The notes under the pieces are model-generated. The model had not been told where the DNA came from and made no database searches. It saw nothing but the letters and a program-made list of their open reading frames with translations. Below are positions 38,985-50,849 of a stretch of 64,000 nucleotides of DNA, piece after piece. This DNA is from Octopus sinensis (lineage: Eukaryota). The DNA is taken from the NCBI RefSeq assembly GCF_006345805.1, contig NC_043004.1, forward strand, positions 63,364,001 through 63,428,000, in the 5' to 3' direction. Within the stretch, counting starts at the first letter, position 1. Each line of letters starts with the position of its first letter. The translations under genes and the position numbers were made by a program.

Positions 38985-39165
38985 GGAGATGTACTCACAT
39001 AGCAAGTGATTTGATCTGAGATCGTGTGCTGGAACGAAAACAATTGCAGCGTGGAAGGTGTTTGTAAGCCATTTAAGAAACACACAAAAGCCGTTCGATT
39101 CACTTCAACGTTTAATTTGTCAAAATATTTTCGTCGCTAAAATCCGCGACCTGTTTACTGACAGC
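38985..39165. repeat. unclassified interspersed repeat embedded in microsatellites (inverted copy at 54235-54415)
   Basis: ggagatgtactcacatagcaagtgatttgatctgagatcgtgtgctggaac...ccgcgacctgtttactgacag. Confidence 0.5.
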
Positions 39166-39326
39166 ACTACGCATGGGCACAAACATACATGGGCAAATGC
39201 ATACGTGCGCGTATACATATATACGCACATGCGTACGTTTGTGCATACACACATACATACATCATACATACATTCGTACATACATACATACATACATACA
39301 TACATACATACATACACACATACATA

Positions 39327-39359
<33 letters not shown>

Positions 39360-40410
39360 CCCTAACTAACTAGATGTAGGGAGAGTAAACAAACAAGTAA
39401 TAGTAAAACAAAAGTTCTGTGATATAGAGATAAATGTCTGATAATAGGTTTTAGAGTTTTGTTTTGGAGGTGAGGGTCGTAGATCACTTCCTATTGAAAG
39501 AAATTGAAAGAAGCCCGTCATATATGTACATGCATACATACACAAACACACACACACACACATATATATATGTACATAGATATGAGTGTGTGTATATGTC
39601 TCTTTTGTTGTGGCTGTACCCACCACCATTTGACAAACAGTTTTGATTTGTTTACTTCGCCTATCATAAAAAAAACGGCAAAGCCGAGCGAAATAGTGGG
39701 TGCTGGGCTTAATAAAAAGTACTGTGATCAATTCATTCGATTTAAAATAAGTGCTAACCAATGATTGAAACAATTAAAAATGGAGAAATAAAAGATACAT
39801 AAATACTTAAATAATTACTGAAGTTTCGTACAAAATTGACTCAGTTCATGTAGCATATATTTTATACGTACGAATATGCGTAATGTTTATAGAAGACGTA
39901 AGGGAAAATTTTAACACTTACCTACTTTAGATCGACTTCTTGGCACTGAGCTCTACATACCTTTCTAATCGAATATCTTATTGCTACTCCTACTGCTTAT
40001 ATGGCACATTACATACAGGCAATCCAATTGTTTATTGAAGATCAGCCAACCATGAATTAGTTTTATATATAACCATGAAATACTTTCAAATAGTTTTGAT
40101 GTACAAATTCGAACCAAATAAGGACCCGATTTATCACCCTCAACGACTAGGAGACATAAGTATTTGTATATTTACCAGTAACGATTATTTGCTATTCATG
40201 TTTTAGCATGTTGGTAAGTGTTAATTGCTAACATTTTAAGCTATTACAAATCGGTGCTTGTGAAGGAGAACAAGTGTTATGAGGATGATTTTAGAGTTGT
40301 TATTTCGTAATTTCTGGTGTAGAAGACAAATGGGGTGGGGGGTGAATAGTTTACTTGAGTATAACAACTGTCTACATTATCTTAGAAGTAGATGAATAGT
40401 CATATTTTTA

Positions 40411-40490
40411 TGTGGCTGTGTGGTAAGTAGATTGCTTACCAACCGCACGGTTTCGGGTTCTGTCCACTACGTGGCAATTTGGGCACTTTC
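40411..40490 (+). mobile_element. SINE head fragment (family of 17316); inverted copy at 52843-52922
   Basis: tgtggctgtgtggtaagtagattgcttaccaaccgcacggtttcgggttc. Confidence 0.75.
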
Positions 40491-40499
40491 AACTTATAA

Positions 40500-41272
40500 T
40501 ATTCGTCGGCAATGAGGATATAAATGACATTTCACCCCTACCAAAAGAATGTCAAACATTTAGATGCACATAGAGACAGAATTTGGAAATTTCCCTTAAG
40601 TACTCGAATATGCAATCAAAAACTTCGTGAATAAAATGAGAAACCTTGTTAACACTGATGAATGACAATTCAGTTCTCCTAAAAGAAGCCGATAATGGAG
40701 GCGCGATAATGACCACGGACAATGACTGCTATAAATATAAATTATTGGAAATTCTAACAGAGCAAACTTATTACGAGAAAGAACCAAGGAACGCGGAAAA
40801 AGCAATAATGAATAAAAATCAAAACACTAATGAAAACCAAGATTCCTTCACAGGAATGAATTTCTTCGGATTACCCAACATCCACAAAAGCTCCGAAATA
40901 CAAAGGGCCATAAATGAAAAGAGAAGTCAACAGATAAACATACTAAGACTACTGACCTCAAACTCAGACCAATAATTGCTGGACCTCAAGGCCCAACACA
41001 ACAGCTGAATGTTTTTTTGGACATACTTCTAAAACCTGTATGCCCATTAATTCCCACCTATACACAGGACGGCATAGATTTTCTCCAGCGCATTTTACCT
41101 ACGGTCTCAGAAAGCACTATACATACAAGCTTTGACATCGCCATTCTTCATACCAATATACCTCACGCTTTGAGCCTGGAAACAGTAAAACACTGGATAG
41201 AGAAACATAGAGTACGGATAAATGAATACTTCAAACTGACTTCATCACCAAAGCCACACGTCTGGTACTAGA
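40500..41272 (+). mobile_element. Penelope-like RT fragment, truncated at the inversion breakpoint
   Basis: LKEADNGGAI, FFGLPNIHK, RPIIAG, DILLKP, SFDIAILHTNIPH. Confidence 0.85.
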
Positions 41273-41441
41273 AAGAAATATAATGTGCTTAGCAAAGGGG
41301 AATTTTAAAATCATATAATATATCATTATAACTGGAAGTGAAATAAGCAAAATAAAAATCTGCCAACAATTTCTAATGCCAAGTTTTAAAAAACGAAAAT
41401 TATCCAAAAACTTACAATACTTAATCATATCAAAGGGACAC

Positions 41442-41992
41442 GGAAATTAATTAGAATGTTCACTTCCAGTGGCCTAACTTGTACAAATTTAGTCCAAAGA
41501 CTATATATTTGTCATAAAATACAGTGTACATTTAAACACATAAGGAATCCACTCGTGGGATTCAAAACTCTAGAAAGAACACATAGTTTCTATAACCACA
41601 AAATTAGGAATAAGATTCGACAGGAACTAAATGAAAAAATAAAAACATTTAACCATCTAGTTTCCTGGACTAATTGGTTTCTGATTTTAGTTTAGCAAGT
41701 AAATACCATTTACCCGCTAGGTGAAATCATCCTCAATAGATACACATTGAGTTAAATATATAAACACGAGGTGATCAAAACTATGCGCCTCTTGTTTATA
41801 TATCCTATTTTTTTCAGAACCTACTGCGCAGACGTAGCCCTTCGCCGGCAGTAAAAAAAAGCCAACTTTTCAATCCCACGATTGGATTCCTTATGTGTTT
41901 AAATGTACAGTGTATTTTATGATTAATACATAGTCTTTGGACTAAATTTTTACAGGTTAGGCCACTGAAAGTGAAAATTTTAATTAATTTCC
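41442..41992. repeat. ~125-bp imperfect inverted repeat pair (41442-41567 / 41867-41992), MITE- or foldback-like
   Basis: ggaaattaattagaatgttcacttccagtggcctaac... versus its reverse complement ...gttaggccactgaaagtgaaaattttaattaatttcc. Confidence 0.75.
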
Positions 41993-42003
41993 ATTTCCTT
42001 TTC

Positions 42004-42056
<53 letters not shown>

Positions 42057-42167
42057 TGTATGTATGTATGTATGAAATATTTTTCTGAATCTTCAGGTTT
42101 TTAATATGCTAGGTCATTGGTTTTAAATCGATATTAAGTTAATATTCAATTTTTCACCCTTATTATT

Positions 42168-42220
<53 letters not shown>

Positions 42221-42379
42221 GCTTCTAAATGACTTGGGCTGTGTCTTGCAATGGTAGAGCATGAATGCGGATCAGGCAAATAAAGATTCTAACTTCTGTC
42301 TACAAGCTTAGATATTAGCACGATTTTTTTCAGGAATTCAGACTCACATCTAAAGCCGCAGTTCATTACGCTACCGACA

Positions 42380-43150
42380 TACGCGTTCAGTTCCGACATT
42401 CTCACCCACAAGAGAGAAATGGGAGGTGGAGTCGCTTAGAAAACCAACAGAAGAGTGGATTTTGTCAGCAGAAATTCTAAAGCAAATAGATTCCGCTTCT
42501 TTTACATAGTGAGAGAAGAGCCCTGCTGAAGACATCGAGAAGCTCTCTAACATTAACTCATCATCTGCAAAATCCAGAACTGTAATCTTAGTGTCATAAA
42601 TACTCGGACCGGAATTCGATGTTCCACCATCCAGACAAGTATCCAGTCCATGCAGATATTGATCTTAGTTGGAGCATCTCCGATGGAATGCTCCGACGGA
42701 ATGCAGATCCAAGTAAGAATTAGTCAGATGCTGACCGCAGTCCATATTTCTTTAAGGCCACCATCGGCGCAACCACGCCATAGTTTTTCTGAACACATCC
42801 CTGTACATCAAGAAACTTATTGATGTCGACATAACCTTCAAGCATCTCCAAACAAATGTTTCGCATAAGTTCGATGAGTATTGAGAAAGAAAGTATCTGG
42901 TGAGTAGTTCATCTTTTTCGTGTAAATGCTGACTGCTGCCACTGCTGAAATAAGAGGCATGCAGATTGTTTTGCTCTCTGTTCAGAACAATCGGGACAAA
43001 CTTCTTCCGTGAACGGAAATGAACACAAGTTTTGGAAAGTTGTCACAGTCGTGGTGTTCAGCACTAGATGAAGTATATGATCCCTTTTCCGGAGACTTTG
43101 CTAGAGGCCATAAGGCACATGCGCACAGCATCACGTAAGTATTGTCAAAT
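42380..43150 (-). mobile_element. decayed RTE-clade RT remnant
   Basis: VLDFADD motif at ~42560-42580; homologous to 22640-23360. Confidence 0.65.
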
Positions 43151-43269
43151 GAAATATTTATATTTAAAATACATGATCTTGAATAACGAGGATATATATT
43201 CTGAGAATGTCTTGTAAGTAATTCAATATCGAAACAGTGTAAGATATATATATATATATATATATATGT

Positions 43270-44330
43270 TGTGTCTGTGGGATGGGTTGTGTTTGTAGTG
43301 TGGTTGTTTGAGCTAGTGTTTCAGGTGTTTGTAGCAGTAGTCGTGATGCAGTATCTCTTTCGGGTGTATTTATCTTGCTGGCTTTATTTCCACTCTACTG
43401 TTGGTGTAGCTGACGTTTGTTACTATTTGTCCATAGATTTGTTTTCCTTTTTGTGTTTTTTCGTCTCTGTCCACTAGCATTTTTACTTCCCCTTCAGAGA
43501 AGTTCACTCGCTAAAGAGATGATCGGGTAGCACTAGCGAAGGAAAGGCTTGTGTCCCTCCAAGCATTGCACGGGGTTCGCCTCTGAACACCCTCATCGCT
43601 GCCATCGTTGCTGTTGCTGCTGCCGTTGTTGTAGTAATCTTTGCCATTGTTGCTGCTGTTGCTGCTGTTGATGGCCTCAAGCTTCTCGGTTTCACTAAAA
43701 TCCATTTGCATTGCTTTTGTCGTTAACCGCTTCCTTGTTCTCTTCTCAGTACTGTTTGTTGTTGTACTGGCTCGTTCTTAGTATGTTCTCTGCTTAACTT
43801 CGTACTGCAACTATTAGTGATGGTGAGAATAAGGTTACTTTTGTGTTTGTCTATCTCACTATCTTTGCTGCTATTTTTCATGCTGCTACTAGCGATGGTG
43901 GTGGCGGATGTGGTGATGTTGACCCTGCTGATTTCCCGCGCTCTTTCATACTTCAGATCATTCTCATTGTTGCTGCAGCTGCCATCGCTGTCAGACTTCG
44001 TCGCATAGGGTACAAGGTGAGATGGCGACGGAGGAAGAGGGAAATTTTCTTCACCTGAGGGATGGTTGGTGGGAGATACGGCCCCCTTCTCAATGCTGCG
44101 GTAATGACAGATAGTTAGGCCATTTTGAATGTATGTTTGCTGTGTTTCAAAATAGTTGAGCGTTTTATGAAGGCAATAATATTGCCCCTTACGAGGCAAA
44201 AACAACCACAGAGCACCAGGCAAGAGATTCCTGGTCTTCCAAACAACGAGTTGAAACAAACACTAACCACAAAAAACAATAATTATAACACACATTTACG
44301 TAGCCTCTTCGTAAACATGTGCTTACAATT
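43270..44330 (-). mobile_element. probable LINE ORF1 (gag-like) remnant
   Basis: 178-aa open stretch with Ser/Thr/Asn-rich tail and a degenerate Cys-rich knuckle after GRPG; layout resembles Tx1 ORF1. Confidence 0.3.
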
Positions 44331-44340
44331 CCACAGCAAA

Positions 44341-44341
44341 T

Positions 44342-44372
<31 letters not shown>

Positions 44373-44392
44373 TAATAATAATAATAATAATG

Positions 44393-44445
<53 letters not shown>

Positions 44446-44462
44446 TATAATAATAATAATAA
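44341..44462. repeat. (TAA)n microsatellite / tail of the RTE element
   Basis: Directly visible. Confidence 0.95.
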
Positions 44463-46829
44463 TCGTTTAGCGTCCGCTTTCCATGGTAGCATGGGTTGGA
44501 CGGTTCAACTGGGGTCTGGGAAGCCAGAAGGCTGCACCAGGCCCAGTCTGATCTGGCAATGTTTCTACGGCTGGATGCCCTTCCGAACGCCAACCACTCC
44601 ATGAGTGTAGTGAGTGCTTTTTACGTGCCACCGGCACAGGTGCCAGACGAGTCTGGCAAACGGCCACAATCAGATGGTGCATTTTATGTGCCACCGGCAC
44701 AAGGGCCAGGCAAGGCTGGCAACCGCCACGAACGGATGGTGCTTTTTACGTGCCACCGGCACGAGGCCAGTCGGGACGGCGCTGGCAACGTCCACGTTCG
44801 AATGGTTCTCTTACGAGCCACCGGCACTGGAATCTCAGCTGCATTTCCATTGATCGATTCTGATTCTGACTTGCCTCAACAGGTCTTCACAAGTAGAATT
44901 TTGTGTCCCAAGAAGAGAAGATATGCATGAGTGGACTAGCTACATCTCGTGTAGAAGGCCACGGGTTATGGTCTCACTTGTCGTCCCGGGTCTTCTTGCG
45001 CACAGCATACTTCCAGAGGTCTCGGTCTCTAGTCATTTCCTCAGTGAGACCTAAAGTTCGAAGGTCGTGCTTCACCACCTCGTCCCAGGTTTTCCTGGGT
45101 CTGCCTCTTCCACAGGTTCCCTCAACTGCTAGGGTGTGACACTTTTTCACACAACTATCTTCATCCATTCTCGCCACATGACCATACCAGCGCAAACGTC
45201 TCTCTTGCAAACCAAATCTGATGCTTCTTAGGCCCAGCTTTTCTCTCAAGGTACTTACACTCTGTCGAGTATGAACACTGACATTACACATCCATCGGAG
45301 CATACTGGCTTCATTTCTTGCAAGCTTACGCATATCCTCAGCAGTCACAGCCCATGTTTCACTGCCATGTAGCATGGCTGTTCGTACACACGCGTCCAAC
45401 AGTCTGCCTTTTACTCTGAGCGAGAGGCCTTTTGTCACCAGCATAGATAAGAGCTCTCTGAACTTTGCCCAAGCTATTCTTACTCTAGCAGTTACACTTT
45501 CAGCACACCCGCCCTCGCTACTGACTTGGTCACCTAGGTAACGGAAGCTATCAACTATTTCTAGTTTTTTTCTCCCTGGAAAGTGGCAGAAGTTGGTCTC
45601 AGATTATTTTCAGTGTTTATTGCTCCTGAGCATCTGCCACATACAAAAACTATCTTCCTAGTTAGCCTTCCTTTGACATTGCTGCACCTCTATGCTGATG
45701 AGCAAGGTCATCAGCATAGAGGAGCTCCCAGGGGCATCCTGTCTTGAATTCCTCCGTTATTGCCTGGAGGACTATGATAAATAGGAGGGGCCTGAGGACT
45801 GAGCCTTGGTGGACCCCTACTTCTACCCGGAATTCTTCACTGTACTCGTTGCCAACCCTCAACTTACTAGCAGCGTCCCTGTACATGGCTCGCACAGCTC
45901 TCACTAACCATTCATCTATCTCTAGTTTCCTCATTGACCACCAGATAAGGGATCGGGGGACCCTGTCGAAGGCTTTCTCCATGTCAACAAAAGCCAGGTA
46001 CAGGGGCTTATCTTTGGCTAGGTATTTCTCCTGCAGCTGCCTTACCAGGAATATAGCATCAGTGGTACTTTTCCCTGGCACAAACACAAACTGCATCTCA
46101 TCTAAACTAACTCTCTCTCTAATTAGTTGGGCTATGGCCCTCTCCGTAACCTTCATTACCTGATCCAACAGCTTGATACCTCTGTAATTATTCGTATCTA
46201 GGGCGTCACCTTTACCTTTGTAGCAGTTGACTATTATACTGCTACGCCAGTCATTGGGTATGACTCCTTTGTGTATCACCTGATTAACTTTACGGGTGAC
46301 TAGGCTATAGCCGACACTACCAGATATTTTGAGCATCTCTGCAGTGATACCTGATGGGCTTTCCCTGTCTTCATTCTTCTAATTGCCTTACCTACCAAGG
46401 AACTGTCAACTCGGATAGCTGGTCCCTCTGTTGGGTCATCATTCGACATACTCTCTTTATCCCATTCGTTTTCTTTATTCAGCAACATTTCATAGTGGCG
46501 TCTCTAAACCTCTCTCTTTGCATCCTCATTTAGCGCAAGTGAACCATCTTCCATGCGAACACACTTCTATCCTACCACATCACAATTCACTCTCACACAC
46601 TGTCTTGCAACACGAAACACCTCCAGTCTTTGGTCCTCACGGCGCAGAACATTGGCAAATCTTTTCTCATCTGCTTCCCCTCTGGCTAGATAGACCTGTC
46701 TTCTAGCTTCCCTTTTGGCAGTCTGATACAATTCCCTACTACCACCATTCTTGCAGTCCTTCCAAGCCTGTCTCTTTTCTCTAATAGCCCTGTCTACAAC
46801 ATTGTTCCACAACCACGTTACCTTGGGAC

Positions 46830-46830
<1 letters not shown>
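44463..46830 (-). mobile_element. RTE-clade LINE, 5'-truncated, with internal deletions
   Basis: YKGKGDA..NNYRGIKLL, GKSTTDAIF, FVDMEKAFDRVP, GVHQGSVL.PLLF, LLYADDL, MLHGSETW, RRLRWYGHV, GRGRPRKTW; (ATT)n tail. Confidence 0.96.
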
Positions 46831-46871
<41 letters not shown>

Positions 46872-46929
46872 TAATAATAATAATAATGATGATGATGATG
46901 ATGATGATGATAATGATGATGATTATACA

Positions 46930-47070
46930 CTTATAAAAATCAGCATTGCTTGGAACTACAAGAATTGTTCGCAGTGTTCTCCAAGCATGTCCAGTTAACA
47001 TATGTAACCTTAATCTGCTGGCTGAGATCAACTGACATTTTCCATCATACTCAGCAAAATAAGCGGTGAG
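46930..47070 (+). mobile_element. R4/Dong-like (RLE-type) LINE extreme 3' fragment
   Basis: KSALLGTTRIVRSVL matches the conserved xKxxLLGTARILRxVL C-terminus; lies between (AAT)/(GAT)n and an (AAC/AAT)n remnant. Confidence 0.5.
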
Positions 47071-47080
47071 TTTTCATATA

Positions 47081-47270
47081 TGGAAGCACTCCATCGGTTA
47101 CGACGATGAGGGTTCCGGTTGATCCGAATCAACGGAACAGCCTGCTCGTGAAATTAACGTGTAAGTGGCTGAGCACTCCACAGACACGTGCACCCTTTAC
47201 GTAGTTCTCGGCGATATTCAGCGTGACACAGAGAGTGACAAGGCCGGCCCCTTGAAATACAGGTACAACT
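47081..47270 (-). mobile_element. 5'-truncated SINE (family of 18131), 12-bp TSD
   Basis: Reverse complement of 18330-18505; TSD agttttcatata at 47069-47080 and 47271-47282. Confidence 0.9.
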
Positions 47271-47379
47271 AGTTTTCATATAACAACGTCAACAACAATA
47301 ATAATATACATTATTTATATTATTTACATTCGACGATATTTGTCCTCATCTTGTTTGTTGTTGATGTAACCTCAAGCTC

Positions 47380-47670
47380 AATAACCATCTGTTAAGCAAC
47401 AACTAACCCCAAAGTTTACTATCCACTCCAATTATGAAGAAGAGAGAGGATGAGGCCAACAAACTTTCCACAGACTGTCCACTCTATGTGAAAGGCCTCT
47501 CCGAAAAGATACAAAAGATATGCGGCCCATATGGCATCAGGACAGTATTCAAGAGTAATACAACACTTCGCAAATATCTCCTTCGAGTAAAACCAACAAT
47601 AGAAGAGAATATGACCAAAGACTTTGTGTACTCCATCCCTTGCAGCTATGGTAGGTTATAGAAAGGGGTT
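47380..47670 (+). mobile_element. Penelope/Poseidon-type linker and start of GIY-YIG, fragment
   Basis: LYVKGLSEKIQKICGPYGIRTVFKSNTTLRKYL.RVKP....TKDFVYSIPCS. Confidence 0.8.
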
Positions 47671-47699
47671 GGGAACGGTTATTGTGTCATGTTGCTACT

Positions 47700-48660
47700 A
47701 TTTCTTGCTGCTTGCATGAGCGGTTCGTTGTACAGCCTTTTGTTTATAACATTTCTGAAGACCGCCAACTTATTCTGTTTTTATTTTGCTGTATATGTTG
47801 TGTTAGTTTAGCAGGAATGTTATGTGTGGTTGTGTTTGTGATATCTGAATTTTATGTGTGGTTGTGCTTGTGATATCTGAATGGTGTTGTATGTGTGCCA
47901 TTAATTCCATATTGCTTGTGTTTATTGCTGTGTAGTTGCTGGTTCGAGTTATGTGTGAGAACTGGGTTGTTTTGACTGGTACTGATGCTGTTGTTTTGGT
48001 TGCTGTTTTGTGTGTGGAAAGCATAGATGTCAGTGAATTGATTATTTTGTTTGCTGCTGTTGCTTTCGCTGTTGTTTTTGTTGTTGTTGTTGCTGTTGCC
48101 CCTTGCCGATGCTGCTGTAATTTGTGTTACTGTTGCTGTTGCGTTTTTTGCTCCAGTGGCCATCTGTCTCTGCTAGTACTGTTCTTGTCGCATTTGTTGC
48201 AGCTGCTGATGTTGTTGTTGTTGTACGGTTCTTTTATTCCTGCTACTGTTGTAACTGCTGTTGTTGTATTCGTGGTGTCTGCAGCTGTGCAGCTACCGGC
48301 TGGATACTCTGTCGCAGCTACCGGCTGGATACCCCACTTGTGCCGGTGCGGAACTGGTCTAAAAGTAGCGGGTCATTCAGATATTTTGATTGTCTAAGGC
48401 AGAAAGCCTTTAAATGGTTTGTTTGGCAACATAGGTGACATCTGGACTTTTCTACCGCTAGCTGTAGGGATCTTGATGAAATCTGGAATCTCTTGTGCGG
48501 TTGCAAAATCCGCATGCAATAATATTTCCATCCCTCTACCACACCAATTTTCTCTTTTGCGCCTCCGTGTTTGAAAACTTTTACATCTCCCCTCTATGCC
48601 ATACACCGTGACTGCTCTCAGTAAGGATATGTTTACTTCTGGTAGCACCTTCTAAGCCTT
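47700..48660 (-). mobile_element. LINE ORF1 remnant with CCHC zinc knuckle (Tx1/L1-like)
   Basis: RCHLCCQTNHLKAFC is CX2CX4HX4C, followed by a Thr/Asn/Gln-rich low-complexity region as in the ORF1 at 59-60.9 kb. Confidence 0.6.
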
Positions 48661-49039
48661 CGCAATTTACTCATACGCATCACATTCAGAGCTTTGTTGC
48701 TAATTTAGTTCTCAACAAAATTGAAAACTCTAAAATTTATTGGAAAGGACAGATTCCTAGCTACATTTCGGCATAAAAACTGAGATTGTGTCTAGTATTA
48801 ATAAAAGATTACTTCAAAAGTTGTAGCAACATTTTTTGACCTGATCTTATTTGGCTCTTTCAATCTTGCTCAATTCCAATGATATACATCTTTATATTAT
48901 TGTTCTCTGTCGTGTCTCTGCTTGCGCATCTGCTGGTGTTTTCGGGTTGACAGTCGTGCGAGTTCTAGTTAGTTTTCTTCATGTCCTTGCAAATTACCCT
49001 ACGCGCGTAAGTGAAAGTGAGATAATGTAATCCCTCGTC

Positions 49040-49240
49040 TTTCCCTGATTGTCTGTGTGTTTGCAGAATTACTGGAAAACGGATGGACCGATTTTCACTA
49101 ATGTTGGCAGCAATACTTATTCGGTAAGTGGCTCAAAATGATGAAAATATGGTTTGATTATCTTAAAAACTGGCGGACGTGTGAATCAAAATGTTGTCAT
49201 AGTGCAGATATTTTGCGAAATAATTTATGTGTACGCAGCT
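49040..49240 (+). mobile_element. possible non-autonomous Helitron/Helentron-related fragment
   Basis: gtctgtgtgtttgcagaattactggaaaacggatggaccgattttcactaatgttgg resembles the DINE/HINE-type core. Confidence 0.3.
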
Positions 49241-49840
49241 ATGCATTGTTTTGTTCTCAGTACTAGAATCTATTACTAGCGCATAAAAAACATAATTTAT
49301 ATGTATTAAATACAATGATTACTACCCTGGTGACGGAGTCTCGATTCCTTTACGGCATGCATATTGTGTGCGTTACATCTACCAACATTATGACTGACCT
49401 CAGAGCACATCGAAATAGCTATTGGATTTATAACATTGAACGTCCTCCCCTTTAATTTTCTCATTTGCACTCATTGTAAATATGATCCATATCCATTTAA
49501 TTATACCTCAATATGCATCGTCGGAAAGCCTTCACATTTAGTTTCTTTAAATGTGCATGCATACATCTATGCATATTCTGAGGTTTAACACCAATGCTAT
49601 TATAATTATCATATGTAATTTGTTTATCCGTATAATTGTTTCCATATCCGCTCAAATTGATCCCTCTTCTAGCCATTCTTTACACAGCGCAATTGATCAC
49701 CCATAAAGACATCGGAGTATAAGTTTGCAGGATTTGAACCCTATCAAATTCTTTCTATACTGAGAATCTCTGGATCTCATATCTTGATTATATATGTATC
49801 TATAAGCATATATATATTTAGATATACATTCATTTATATA

Positions 49841-49883
<43 letters not shown>

Positions 49884-50849
49884 GATATATTGGATAGATA
49901 TTAGTTGGTTGGATTCACAACCTCTAACTCTCTTGGACTTATATATATATATATATATATATATTAGTATTAGTATAGATATTATAGTATATATATATAT
50001 ATATGTGTGTATGTGTGTGTGTGTGTGAGTGTGTGTGCGTGTGTGTATACATATATACATATATAAATGCAAAGACACGCATGCACGGAAACATACGCAT
50101 ACACACACATATACATGGAAACAAGCATGCAGGCACAATAGAAGCAATTATATGTGCACAGCACATTCAAATATTTTTCGTTTGTTAAATACTCGATATG
50201 ACTTTACAAGTTGGGAGTGTCGCACATAAGAAAATAGTAGGTCATATGATATTCATAAATGACTTGTTTATAACAAAGTATTTTTCTGACTTAACTTCCT
50301 AAACGAATTCCACTCACTTTACCCTCTGTATTTCTTATTTATTTCTGCTGAGTGGTCAAGAAAACACGCAAAAGCTTTTATTCAATTCTGTAAACGACCT
50401 TCTTCATGCTATCTTCTCATTCAGACCTCTATCTGGTACAAATCGAATATTTTTTTTCAAGATGGGGAAAATGAAATCTGAAGTAATTAAAATGAAATGG
50501 CGGATGTCGAGCGTGGAACTGAATCATATTTTCCTCTCTATACCCATTACAAATTTTCTGTCACAATTTCAATTTATTTCGATTCGAAAATGTCAACAGT
50601 CTCTTCCATTCGAAGAATGTTCACTTCAGTAACCATAAATATCTTTCGCTTCTTGGAATTGAAAACTCTTTGCATATTTTGTATTTGACGACCAAACTAT
50701 TATAATTATCATATTTAATTTTCTTTATGCGAATAATTGCCTCCATATCTTCTCAAATTGATCCCACTTCAGCCAATATTTACACAGCGAACTACAATTG
50801 TATAGTCGAGTCCCATGTGTAATTCGATGTTTTGCATGAATAAACATTA

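Noticed and set aside
44612-44830. CRISPR-like repeat-spacer array
   Set aside because: Eukaryotic context, inside an RTE 3' UTR, spacers related to one another, no cas genes.
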